A DNA stretch of 35,813 nt from a virus: the IMG/VR virus record IMGVR_UViG_3300044984_000894; one strand, written 5' to 3'. Position numbers and translations under genes: made by a program. Below the pieces are notes generated by a model. It worked only from the letters and a program-made list of their open reading frames with translations. It had not been told where the DNA came from and made no database searches. Shown one piece after another: positions 17,825 through 25,147 of the stretch. Numbering within the stretch: the stretch's first letter is position 1; each line of letters opens with the position of its first letter.

Positions 17825-18762
17825 CATTAGAGGAGATAGTTAATAGCTTAAAATCTGCTGGACAGGATTATGGTCAGTTGCTCAACAACAATCCAAAGTA
17901 CACTGCTGTAGCATCAAATGTTACTAAAGGACTTGAAAATCTTGTACCACCACAGTTTACTAATACTCAAGATGCTAAAAGCCAAGAATACAGCAAAAAA
18001 ATAGCTGAATGGGCTTTAGGAAATGGTATGGGTATGAGTGGTATGGCGTTGTCTACTAAAATACCTAATCCTATTAAAGACAATCTTAACGCTACTTTAT
18101 TGCAAAAATACTTATCAGTAGGAAAGTTATCTCCAAAAGAAATGACGCAATATGAAGCCAATGCTTTAGCTATGGAAACACCACAATTGCAAAGATATAA
18201 TGTGGCTAATGCTATGGCTAATCCTGAAAGAGAGGCGTATAAAAATAGTTTAGACTTTAATTGGGCGCATGGAAGTCCATCTCCTAATATACAAGAGTTA
18301 GTTCCATCCGATATTGGAGCAATGGGGCCAGGTGTGTATGCCACAAATTATTTTCCTGAAGCAGATAGATATGCAACAGAAAACATTGGAGCAACAGTAT
18401 ATCCTTTGGCTGTAAACACATCTAAATCATTTAATCCTAAAAAAATAGGAAATATTTATGACATCTTAGATGCTGATAATGACAGAATGCTTGGGCAACG
18501 GTTAAGTGCAATGGATAAAGATAGCATTATTCAGACTCAGCCACCAGCTAGAGCTTATTACAAGCATTTAACTGGAGATAATTTAGATATGATTCCAGCC
18601 TTACCAGAAAGAAAGCATTATGTAACAGATTATCAAAATAACATACGATCCCGATTTGCCGCCTTTGATCCACTAAGAAAAAACAGTTCTAGTTTGTTAG
18701 CAAGTGGATTATTAGGTGCTTTATTATTTAACAATGAAAACAAAACATCAGAGAAAAGATAA
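17821..18762 (+). CDS. Putative ejected effector with ADP-ribosyltransferase-like core (ART-PolyVal/DUF3990-like, tentative) and C-terminal TM helix
   Basis: NWAHGSPSPNIQELVPSDIGAMGPGVYATNYFPEADRYATENIGATVYPLAV fits the H-G-(S/T) ... G-x-G-x-Y-x-T ... A-x-x-Y-A pattern. C-terminus RSRFAAFDPLRKNSSSLLASGLLGALLF. Confidence 0.45.
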   Translation: MTLEEIVNSLKSAGQDYGQLLNNNPKYTAVASNVTKGLENLVPPQFTNTQDAKSQEYSKKIAEWALGNGMGMSGMALSTKIPNPIKDNLNATLLQKYLSVGKLSPKEMTQYEANALAMETPQLQRYNVANAMANPEREAYKNSLDFNWAHGSPSPNIQELVPSDIGAMGPGVYATNYFPEADRYATENIGATVYPLAVNTSKSFNPKKIGNIYDILDADNDRMLGQRLSAMDKDSIIQTQPPARAYYKHLTGDNLDMIPALPERKHYVTDYQNNIRSRFAAFDPLRKNSSSLLASGLLGALLFNNENKTSEKR

Positions 18763-18899
18763 TGCCATCAAAATCAAAAGCACAAGAAAAGTTAATGCAA
18801 GCAGCAGCCCATAATCCAAAGTTTGCAAAGAAAGTTAAGATACCAGTTGAGGTTGCTCAAGAGTTTGTAAAAGCTGATAAAGCTAAAAGAAAAAAATAG
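18762..18899 (+). CDS. DUF3008-like small basic protein, 45 aa (MPSKSKAQEKLMQAAAHNPKFAKKVKIP...)
   Basis: Not in the track. TAATG junction with the upstream gene. Last gene before the terminator. Confidence 0.5.
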   Translation: MPSKSKAQEKLMQAAAHNPKFAKKVKIPVEVAQEFVKADKAKRKK

Positions 18900-18915
18900 T
18901 TTTCGCTCGTAGCTT

Positions 18916-18942
18916 GGGGATACCTAAGTATCCCCTTTTTTT
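18916..18942 (+). terminator. Rho-independent terminator at the convergence point of the two transcription blocks
   Basis: GGGGATAC-ctaa-GTATCCCC followed by TTTTTTT. Confidence 0.7.
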
Positions 18943-19192
18943 ATTTACGAACAAATTGACCATCAAGTAAGATCATTTGTGTTTGATAAGCGTTGTTTCT
19001 TTCTTGACGTATTTGTCTATCTTGATTAAGTTCATTTATATAAGCATTATAATTAGCATCATTTCGTTGTTGACGTAATTCATTAGTTATCCTACTTGTT
19101 CTTGCTTCTTCTGCCAAATCATAACCAGCATCATCATCGCAAGCTAAAACAATAGTTGGTATTAACAGTAATATTAAAAGTAAGTTTTTCAT
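18941..19192 (-). CDS. Small lipoprotein, 83 aa
   Basis: MKNLLLILLLIPTIVLAC is a signal peptide with lipobox VLAC. Last gene of the leftward block. Confidence 0.65.
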   Translation of the reverse strand: MKNLLLILLLIPTIVLACDDDAGYDLAEEARTSRITNELRQQRNDANYNAYINELNQDRQIRQERNNAYQTQMILLDGQFVRK

Positions 19193-19290
19193 TTCTTTTC
19201 CTCTTTCTTTTTATCTCCAAATATCTTATCCCAATTTTCTTCAAACTTTTTCCTATCATTTATAGGGCGTGGTGCTGAACCTTTACTCAT
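19189..19290 (-). CDS. Hypothetical 33-aa protein (MSKGSAPRPINDRKKFEENWDKIFG...)
   Basis: Not in the track. ATGA overlaps at both ends. The R-P-x-x-x-x-x-F-x-x-N-W-D-x-I-F motif recurs in small phage proteins. Confidence 0.45.
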   Translation of the reverse strand: MSKGSAPRPINDRKKFEENWDKIFGDKKKEEKK

Positions 19291-19430
19291 TGTTTTTCCT
19301 CCAGTTGTTTCTCTGCCCATCGTACACCATCTTCAAAACCTTCTTCCCATTCTTCAGAATAATATTCCTCACTAAATGATGATGAACGTATTGAGTCAAT
19401 GTATTCTTCTATTTCTTTTTCACTAATCAT
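19287..19430 (-). CDS. Hypothetical acidic 47-aa protein (MISEKEIEEYIDS...EEGFEDGVRWAEKQLEEKQ)
   Basis: Not in the track. ATGA overlap downstream and 8-nt overlap upstream. Confidence 0.45.
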   Translation of the reverse strand: MISEKEIEEYIDSIRSSSFSEEYYSEEWEEGFEDGVRWAEKQLEEKQ

Positions 19431-19713
19431 CTTTCTTCCCCCTCTCTGCTAACATTGCGTCTGCCATGGTGTACGACAGTCTTGCTAAAGTTTCCATATC
19501 AGGAATATTTTTTGGTAATGTTTGCATAGCCAAGCCAGCAAAGTGATCTCGGAGGGATATTCCTTCTCGTATATCTTCTCGCATATCTTCTCGTAACTTA
19601 CTATTTTCTTCTGCTAATTTAAGTATGTGCTTATCACGCTCATGTAGTTTTGTTTTAACCCACTTTAATTCCAAATCCATAGGTATTTCTAATCTTTCAT
19701 ATTCAACGCTCAT
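19423..19713 (-). CDS. Hypothetical 96-aa protein
   Basis: Track ORF, with ATGA overlap to the upstream small ORF. Confidence 0.6.
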   Translation of the reverse strand: MSVEYERLEIPMDLELKWVKTKLHERDKHILKLAEENSKLREDMREDIREGISLRDHFAGLAMQTLPKNIPDMETLARLSYTMADAMLAERGKKDD

Positions 19714-19850
19714 TTCTCTCTCCAGTACATACTGTGCATTGCTTTAGTACTTCTTTGTTTATGTGGGATATACTCAAACTTATATGGATTACAGTGTCTT
19801 AGCTCTCGTAAAAAATACGCTATACGACACCAGTTATTTTTAATTTTCAT
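19710..19850 (-). CDS. Hypothetical 46-aa protein (MKIKNNWCRIAYFLRELRHCNPYKF...)
   Basis: Not in the track. Its start is the ATGA embedded in 25-bp repeat copy 1. ATGA overlap downstream as well. Confidence 0.45.
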   Translation of the reverse strand: MKIKNNWCRIAYFLRELRHCNPYKFEYIPHKQRSTKAMHSMYWREK

Positions 19851-19870
19851 CCCCCACCTCCAATGCCGTG
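19846..19870. repeat. 25-bp exact repeat, copy 1 (ttcatcccccacctccaatgccgtg)
   Basis: Identical to 20211..20235. On the coding (minus) strand it reads CACGGCATTGGAGGTGGGGGATGAA, which is HGIGGGG-stop plus SD plus the next ATG. Confidence 0.9.
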
Positions 19871-20215
19871 TTGCTGTTCTGCCCACTTAACCCCTTTTAC
19901 AAACGCTTCTCTCGTAACATTAAACATTGACTGATTACCTTCGCTTATTTGTTGTGGTGTTAAAGGCTCTTGCTTCTTAACATATACGTTACCGTCAAGA
20001 ACTATTGTATTGCCCAGTTCAGGAAAGGTGTCCAATTCATTTAGTTTCATTCCACTACTCTCTTTACATTTTTGATAATCCAAAGTTAAAACACATTCCT
20101 TCACAACCAATTCAGCAAACTTTCTTAACTCTTGCTCACAATCATCACCGGATTCAGAAAACCATGAGTCCATAAACCCCGCACGTTCAGCAAGTTCGGC
20201 AAGTTTATCGTTCAT
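19847..20215 (-). CDS. Hypothetical 122-aa protein ending ...KWAEQQHGIGGGG (paralogue of the upstream gene)
   Basis: Track ORF. Shares the module EPL(T/S)xxxI ... AExxHGIGGGG with 20212..20634. Confidence 0.65.
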   Translation of the reverse strand: MNDKLAELAERAGFMDSWFSESGDDCEQELRKFAELVVKECVLTLDYQKCKESSGMKLNELDTFPELGNTIVLDGNVYVKKQEPLTPQQISEGNQSMFNVTREAFVKGVKWAEQQHGIGGGG

Positions 20216-20235
20216 CCCCCACCTCCAATGCCGTG
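20211..20235. repeat. 25-bp exact repeat, copy 2
   Basis: Identical to 19846..19870. Confidence 0.9.
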
Positions 20236-20634
20236 ATACTTTTCAGCATCTCTAAAACCCAAATAATATCCTGCAATGCCCTCGTCTGTTATATTAGCCT
20301 CAGCAAGTACATCGAGTTTATCTTCGCTTAAAGGCTCACGTTTTTGTGGTGCTGTGTAGAGCGGTATCACTTCAAATATTTCCCTGTTGTACAAAAAGGG
20401 TGTTAAATCAGATACTTGTGTTCTATAGCCTGTTTCTTTATTAACTATTATCCATGCCTCAGGTTGCTGTTCAGACATTAAAGATTTTCTACCTTCTTCA
20501 TAAGCATCATATACATTACTAACGCAAACACCGTTAGGCATAACAGCCATAGGAGTTGCATTTGATATAGAATCTAGCCCAGTCTGCTCAGGTTGGGCAA
20601 GTAACTCTTTTTTTTTACTCATAATACATACCAT
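20212..20634 (-). CDS. Hypothetical protein ending ...RDAEKYHGIGGGG
   Basis: Track ORF. The alternative start at 20622 (MSKKKELLAQ) gives an 8-nt overlap with the upstream gene. Confidence 0.6.
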   Translation of the reverse strand: MVCIMSKKKELLAQPEQTGLDSISNATPMAVMPNGVCVSNVYDAYEEGRKSLMSEQQPEAWIIVNKETGYRTQVSDLTPFLYNREIFEVIPLYTAPQKREPLSEDKLDVLAEANITDEGIAGYYLGFRDAEKYHGIGGGG

Positions 20635-20815
20635 CTCTAAAATCTATAAATAAATCACATTCAAGTTTATTCAGTTCTTTTTTGAAGTCTCCATGCCACA
20701 TGAAGTCCTTAGTATCTACTTCAATAGATAAATATCTTGAACAATTTTCTTTTTTATCGCAGTTACTTCCTAAGCAACGTGCGTTTTCATTCGGCAGTGG
20801 ATACTTCATCTTCAT
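20615..20815 (-). CDS. Cys-rich 66-aa protein (CLGSNCDKKENCSRY...C)
   Basis: Track ORF. The C-x4-C-x5-C-x-R-Y motif suggests metal binding. Confidence 0.5.
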   Translation of the reverse strand: MKMKYPLPNENARCLGSNCDKKENCSRYLSIEVDTKDFMWHGDFKKELNKLECDLFIDFRDGMYYE

Positions 20816-21065
20816 AATAATAATCTCCTAATTCAATGTAATCACCAACACGGGGAGGTGCTTCACCTGTCGCTTTACGATAATACTCTTGCATTGACAA
20901 ACCTTCCCAGCCATCATGCCATGCATCAGGAACATTTTTTAATTCTTGTTTAACATTGCTCAATGTACTTACTGCTGCACCTGTTAATCTGGATATACTA
21001 GCTAAACTATATCCTTTGCTATAAAGAACTTGCAGTAAAAGCGCATAATCAACATCTCTAGCCAT
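20787..21065 (-). CDS. HTH DNA-binding protein, 92 aa
   Basis: GYSLASISRLTGAAVSTLSNVKQ is a helix-turn-helix. Confidence 0.55.
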   Translation of the reverse strand: MARDVDYALLLQVLYSKGYSLASISRLTGAAVSTLSNVKQELKNVPDAWHDGWEGLSMQEYYRKATGEAPPRVGDYIELGDYYYEDEVSTAE

Positions 21066-21513
21066 TTTTACCTCTGCGTCTTAATTCATCGCAATACAAT
21101 TCCATGTCTTTACTGCGACGAATAAACTCAACTATTGATGCTGCCATGCCAGTTAATTTGATTGGTTTAGTTTTTTTAATAAAAGCACAAGCTTCACGGG
21201 CGTATGGCAACCATTCCATTATTTCAGCTCTGTTAAACAACACAGTGCCATCAATATGCGTGGCAACCTGTTTTGGCATACAATACTTCTTATCTTTGCT
21301 AATTCTATCCAACACTAATGCTGTAACACCAATTAATGCCATTATTTCTTTCTTGGTTATGTTTTTTTGATTTATTTTCACAACAACATTTAGTTCTTTC
21401 AATTTATCTGACTTACGTTTTGCAACAACTCTTACATTTATAGCTTTCTTATTCCTGTGATAATATTCCAACATTCTAACTCTTTGCTTTTCTTTGCGTT
21501 CTTCTGGTGTCAT
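21058..21513 (-). CDS. Basic protein with MerR/excisionase-type HTH, 151 aa
   Basis: ITKKEIMALIGVTALVLDRISKD...LFNRAEIMEWL. The start at ATG 21513 is chosen because it forms an ATGA overlap with the upstream mini-ORF. The track start (GTG 21561) is the alternative. Confidence 0.55.
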   Translation of the reverse strand: MTPEERKEKQRVRMLEYYHRNKKAINVRVVAKRKSDKLKELNVVVKINQKNITKKEIMALIGVTALVLDRISKDKKYCMPKQVATHIDGTVLFNRAEIMEWLPYAREACAFIKKTKPIKLTGMAASIVEFIRRSKDMELYCDELRRRGKNG

Positions 21514-21623
21514 TGTAACCATGCCTTTAGAGATAAAATAATTCCTGCTACTAATAAACACCAGATTTGTATTTCTTGATGCTTAGTAAATATATGAACT
21601 GGTTTATTCTTATAGTCTTTCAT
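21510..21623 (-). CDS. Hypothetical 37-aa membrane peptide (MKDYKNKPVHIFTKHQEIQIWCLLVAGIILSLKAWLQ)
   Basis: Not in the track. ATGA overlaps at both ends. Confidence 0.4.
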   Translation of the reverse strand: MKDYKNKPVHIFTKHQEIQIWCLLVAGIILSLKAWLQ

Positions 21624-22066
21624 TTACATGCACTCCAATTTCGTGCGCTATTAGCTTCAAGGTTATCTCTATATTCAATTCTTGCTGCTTTAGCTGCTTT
21701 ATATAATTTCTTTGTAATATTATTTTTATTTGGTTCACTTAAATAATTTTTTGTTTCTTTTGAAACAACAGTTATATTTATATCTGTATTTTTTAACCAT
21801 AATGCAATATCTAAAATATCATCAACTTGTTTTTTATCTAAAATCTTATATAACTTTTCTAATCTAGTAGCTACAAAACAATAAATATCTAATTTTCTTG
21901 GAATAAATCCATTGCTTTTTCTTTTTATTAAATCCATATCATCATTAGTCAACTTATTATTAATTTTAAAAGTATGTTCCAACCTTAAAATTTTATAATT
22001 TGGTTTTTCATAAAAATGATTCATCAAACAAATATCCCATCTCATTTGCAATCTTTCAATATTCAT
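21620..22066 (-). CDS. Hypothetical 148-aa protein in a markedly AT-rich segment
   Basis: ATG at 22066 (MNIERLQMRW...). Very N/K/I-rich. First gene after the minus-strand terminator. Confidence 0.6.
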   Translation of the reverse strand: MNIERLQMRWDICLMNHFYEKPNYKILRLEHTFKINNKLTNDDMDLIKRKSNGFIPRKLDIYCFVATRLEKLYKILDKKQVDDILDIALWLKNTDINITVVSKETKNYLSEPNKNNITKKLYKAAKAARIEYRDNLEANSARNWSACK

Positions 22067-22076
22067 AATATTACCC

Positions 22077-22103
22077 AAAAAAATGCCCAGTCATAAGCTG
22101 GGC
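22077..22103 (-). terminator. Rho-independent terminator (minus strand)
   Basis: The minus strand reads GCCCAG-cttatga-CTGGGC-A-TTTTTTT. Confidence 0.65.
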
Positions 22104-22119
22104 GAGTGGTTGCTTCCCC

Positions 22120-22365
22120 TCAGGAAGTAATTAATTGATTTGCTTTCCAGTCCATTGCTTCACGAACTAGATAATTAATATCTGTATGTTTTGGCGATAA
22201 TGTTGCGTTCTCTAACAATCCAAATAGTTCAGATCCGTCTGTTTCTGCTATTTCAGCGTTAATTATTGCTTGGCAATAGTCTACAAAGGCTTGTGCTATT
22301 AAAATGCCACCAAGCGATTGATCTGTACGCATATCAGTTATTATTTTATCAAATTGCTCTTCCAT
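22120..22365 (-). CDS. Hypothetical 81-aa acidic protein
   Basis: Track ORF, with start-stop overlap to the upstream gene at 22365. Confidence 0.6.
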   Translation of the reverse strand: MEEQFDKIITDMRTDQSLGGILIAQAFVDYCQAIINAEIAETDGSELFGLLENATLSPKHTDINYLVREAMDWKANQLITS

Positions 22366-22589
22366 TAGAAATCACCTTTGTTTGGTGCTACAAATGAAGG
22401 AACATTACTTGGAAGCTCAAGAACTTGGTAAATCTGCTCCTCTCCCTTCAGATTCTTTTGGATAATGAAGCTACCACTTCGAGTTTTGTGGATTACGCTG
22501 GATTGACTATCATTTTTATAATTTGTACCTGCAAAAATACCAATTATAAAAGTTGTTAATGCTATTGTTGCTATTTGTTTATTGTTCAT
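22365..22589 (-). CDS. Hypothetical 74-aa protein with N-terminal TM/signal anchor
   Basis: IATIALTTFIIGIFAG is hydrophobic. Confidence 0.6.
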   Translation of the reverse strand: MNNKQIATIALTTFIIGIFAGTNYKNDSQSSVIHKTRSGSFIIQKNLKGEEQIYQVLELPSNVPSFVAPNKGDF

Positions 22590-22640
22590 AATTTCTCTCT
22601 AGTTGTTGTTAATGCCACATCCTTGTGGCGGTGGTTAATC

Positions 22641-22907
22641 CTATATAACATTTACTGGCAATAAATCATCGCCAGCAAAGAAGCTCCATAAAAGTTCTGG
22701 TTGTTCTGTATACCTAGAGTTTCCCAACTCGTAGATTTTACCAGCGTCTCCCATTACAGCTGTGGTGCGGTTGCCATGCGATATTACAGCACGATGATCA
22801 TCCATGATCTGGATGGTAGTAACCCATCCAAAAGCTGTAAACTTACCTGCGATAATATCGCAGTCTTCGTAACTATACGCTTCGGATTTTAATATTTTAA
22901 TTCTCAT
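22641..22907 (-). CDS. Hypothetical 88-aa protein (MRIKILKSEAYSYEDCD...)
   Basis: The ATG at 22907 is preceded by AAGGGG. The track start 23027 would overlap the VRR-NUC gene. Confidence 0.55.
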   Translation of the reverse strand: MRIKILKSEAYSYEDCDIIAGKFTAFGWVTTIQIMDDHRAVISHGNRTTAVMGDAGKIYELGNSRYTEQPELLWSFFAGDDLLPVNVI

Positions 22908-22956
22908 CTTATTTACCCCTTTGTATTTCTTGTTAAGTTGGGCATAGATTAAATAA

Positions 22957-23379
22957 TTATTTATCAAATTGCAAATATTTTTTATCTTTCCAGAAAATAA
23001 ATGCTTCATATGCTCCAACATAACCAAGAGCTACACAAGCGAAAGCCCCTTGTTTCTTGGCTTCCAAGAGATATTCTTGCTGTCCATCTTGCCATTTTGA
23101 CCGTGTATGATCTTGACGTTTTAATTCACAGACGAACGCAACGCTTGCTGGAATTAAAATATCAGATGCTCCTTTTGTCATGCCTTCACTTTTTTGTTTA
23201 GCAACCTGGTGATAAGTACGCAGTCCTTCATTTCTTATGTGCGTTGCAATCTTTCCATAACTGTCTGGGTATTCTCTTCTAAGTTTTGCAAAGAATGTTA
23301 CTGCTTCAGCAGCTTCAGAAGGACATTCACCTCTAAACTCAATATCACCAAAAACTTTTATATCATTGTGGAACTTCAT
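22957..23379 (-). CDS. VRR-NUC domain nuclease
   Basis: GASDILIPASVAFVCELKRQ gives the PD-(D/E)xK signature, followed by QQEYLLEAKKQGAFACVA. The start is ATG 23379 (AGGA 6 nt upstream) or 23385. It overlaps the helicase stop. Confidence 0.75.
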   Translation of the reverse strand: MKFHNDIKVFGDIEFRGECPSEAAEAVTFFAKLRREYPDSYGKIATHIRNEGLRTYHQVAKQKSEGMTKGASDILIPASVAFVCELKRQDHTRSKWQDGQQEYLLEAKKQGAFACVALGYVGAYEAFIFWKDKKYLQFDK

Positions 23380-25147
23380 CGGCATTCCTGTTGTAGTCGT
23401 ATATCCTAAAAAAATCACCACTTTTTCTATAAGTGATGGTGGTTGGTGTTGTAAAGCCTCCATCAGTAAACGCCATAAAAGCATCGTAGTGCTTCTGCAT
23501 CTTCATGGTAAACCATACTGGAAACGATCTATACTCGGTTACAAAATCAACCCGTAGGCATTCATTTCCTGCCTTGCTTAGTGTGGGAGTTGCTCGCATT
23601 GCAACAACCTTATCAGTTTGTATCTGCGTGGGGTCTTTTTTCTTCATCTGGAAGTCAGAAATTAGCTTGCTGTTTGGGTCAATCAGTTCGTGCTTGCACT
23701 CGCAACAATACCTTGCTGCAATATCGTTTTCAGCTTCACAATGCACACAAGGTTTAAACGTCCATCTATAGCTGCATCTAACCAGTTTCTTTATGGTCTT
23801 GTTAAATACTTCCCCATAACATCTTCTGCCATGATGGGCTGGCATATCTCCATATTCTGTTTCTAGTCGTATTCCTTCAAGATCAATAAAATATCCATTA
23901 ATGTCAATCTCATGTTTTGCTTCATTAATTACTGGTGCAAACTGATTTATTGCTCTGCACTCTGGACATTGTGCTTCTATTGCTTCACCAGCTCCACAAT
24001 TACTTGATGCTTCAATTTCTGGATTAAATAAATCACCATCAGTACAATGACGACTAATATTTTCTGCATAATCAAGAATCAGACAGTCATCTTTGTTGTT
24101 ATCAATTCTAAGTCCTCTACCAATTATTTGTTGGAGTAAACTAACTGACTCGGTAGCTCTTAAAATAGCCACCAAATCAACGTGTGGGGCATCAAATCCT
24201 GTAGTCAACACGCTAACATTAACTAAATATTTAAGCCTTCTAGCTTTAAATAATCGCAGTATTTCAGCACGTTCTTGTTTGGGTGTTTCGCCAGTAACAA
24301 TTGCTGATAACGATGGCGGTAACGACCCCATTACCTCGCCAGCATGTTGCACTGTAGCTGCAAAAATCATTACACCTTGTCTATCTACTGCTTGCGATAC
24401 AATATCGCCCACAATTGAGCTGGTGAGCCTTCCTTGTCCATGAAATGCCCTATCAATGTCAGCAGCATCAAAGTTACCCATGCGATTGGTTTGCAACTCC
24501 AATGTTTCATAATGACCTGTATTGATTCCCCCAATAGTAGGAGCTGTTAAATAACCTTGTTTTATTAAATCTCTCGCATAAACAGTAAACACTCTTGCGC
24601 TAAAGTAAGGATCTTTTGCTTTATCGTCACCATAAGCATTGCCATGCTCGTCCATCCTATATATATAGCCATCACCAAGACGGTATGGCGTTGCTGACAA
24701 ACCTATGACCCTAAGATTAGGATTACAGGCAACCAAAGATTCAATGATGCTTTTAACGGTTGGTGTTATCCTATGTGCTTCATCCAGTACAACCGCACAA
24801 AATTTAGCTCCAAAACGATGAATCTTATTCTTGACGCTAACAGGTGTGCCAAAAACTACTGGATGTTTTAAACATGTTTCACCAACACTTGCACTAAACA
24901 AACTGCATTGATTACCAGTATCTCTATATTTCTCTGCATTTTGTTCTAACAGCTCTTTTGATGGGACAAGACACAATATATGTTTACCACCACTAACTTG
25001 GTGTAGTGTATTTGCTATTGCTGCAACAATTAAAGATTTGCCACTCCCTGTTGGCAGTTCTAATACGCATGGTGATGTACATTTCTTTATCCAGTCTATA
25101 GCAGCATCATGCGCTTGTGATTGGTATGGGCGCAGTTTCATAATCAT
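23363..25147 (-). CDS. SF2 DEAD/DEAH-box helicase with C-terminal zinc-ribbon region
   Basis: Motif I LELPTGSGKS, motif II VVLDEAH, motif III LSATP. C-terminal CPECRAIN and CVHCEAEN...CCECKHEL. Confidence 0.85.
   Translation of the reverse strand: MIMKLRPYQSQAHDAAIDWIKKCTSPCVLELPTGSGKSLIVAAIANTLHQVSGGKHILCLVPSKELLEQNAEKYRDTGNQCSLFSASVGETCLKHPVVFGTPVSVKNKIHRFGAKFCAVVLDEAHRITPTVKSIIESLVACNPNLRVIGLSATPYRLGDGYIYRMDEHGNAYGDDKAKDPYFSARVFTVYARDLIKQGYLTAPTIGGINTGHYETLELQTNRMGNFDAADIDRAFHGQGRLTSSIVGDIVSQAVDRQGVMIFAATVQHAGEVMGSLPPSLSAIVTGETPKQERAEILRLFKARRLKYLVNVSVLTTGFDAPHVDLVAILRATESVSLLQQIIGRGLRIDNNKDDCLILDYAENISRHCTDGDLFNPEIEASSNCGAGEAIEAQCPECRAINQFAPVINEAKHEIDINGYFIDLEGIRLETEYGDMPAHHGRRCYGEVFNKTIKKLVRCSYRWTFKPCVHCEAENDIAARYCCECKHELIDPNSKLISDFQMKKKDPTQIQTDKVVAMRATPTLSKAGNECLRVDFVTEYRSFPVWFTMKMQKHYDAFMAFTDGGFTTPTTITYRKSGDFFRIYDYNRNADEVPQ

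Noticed and set aside
21514-21561. Longer version of the HTH protein starting at GTG 21561 (MFISSRNYFISKGMVTM...).
   Set aside because: The same DNA encodes a 37-aa ORF in another frame that makes ATGA junctions with both neighbours. The GTG has no SD. I kept it as an alternative in the feature evidence.
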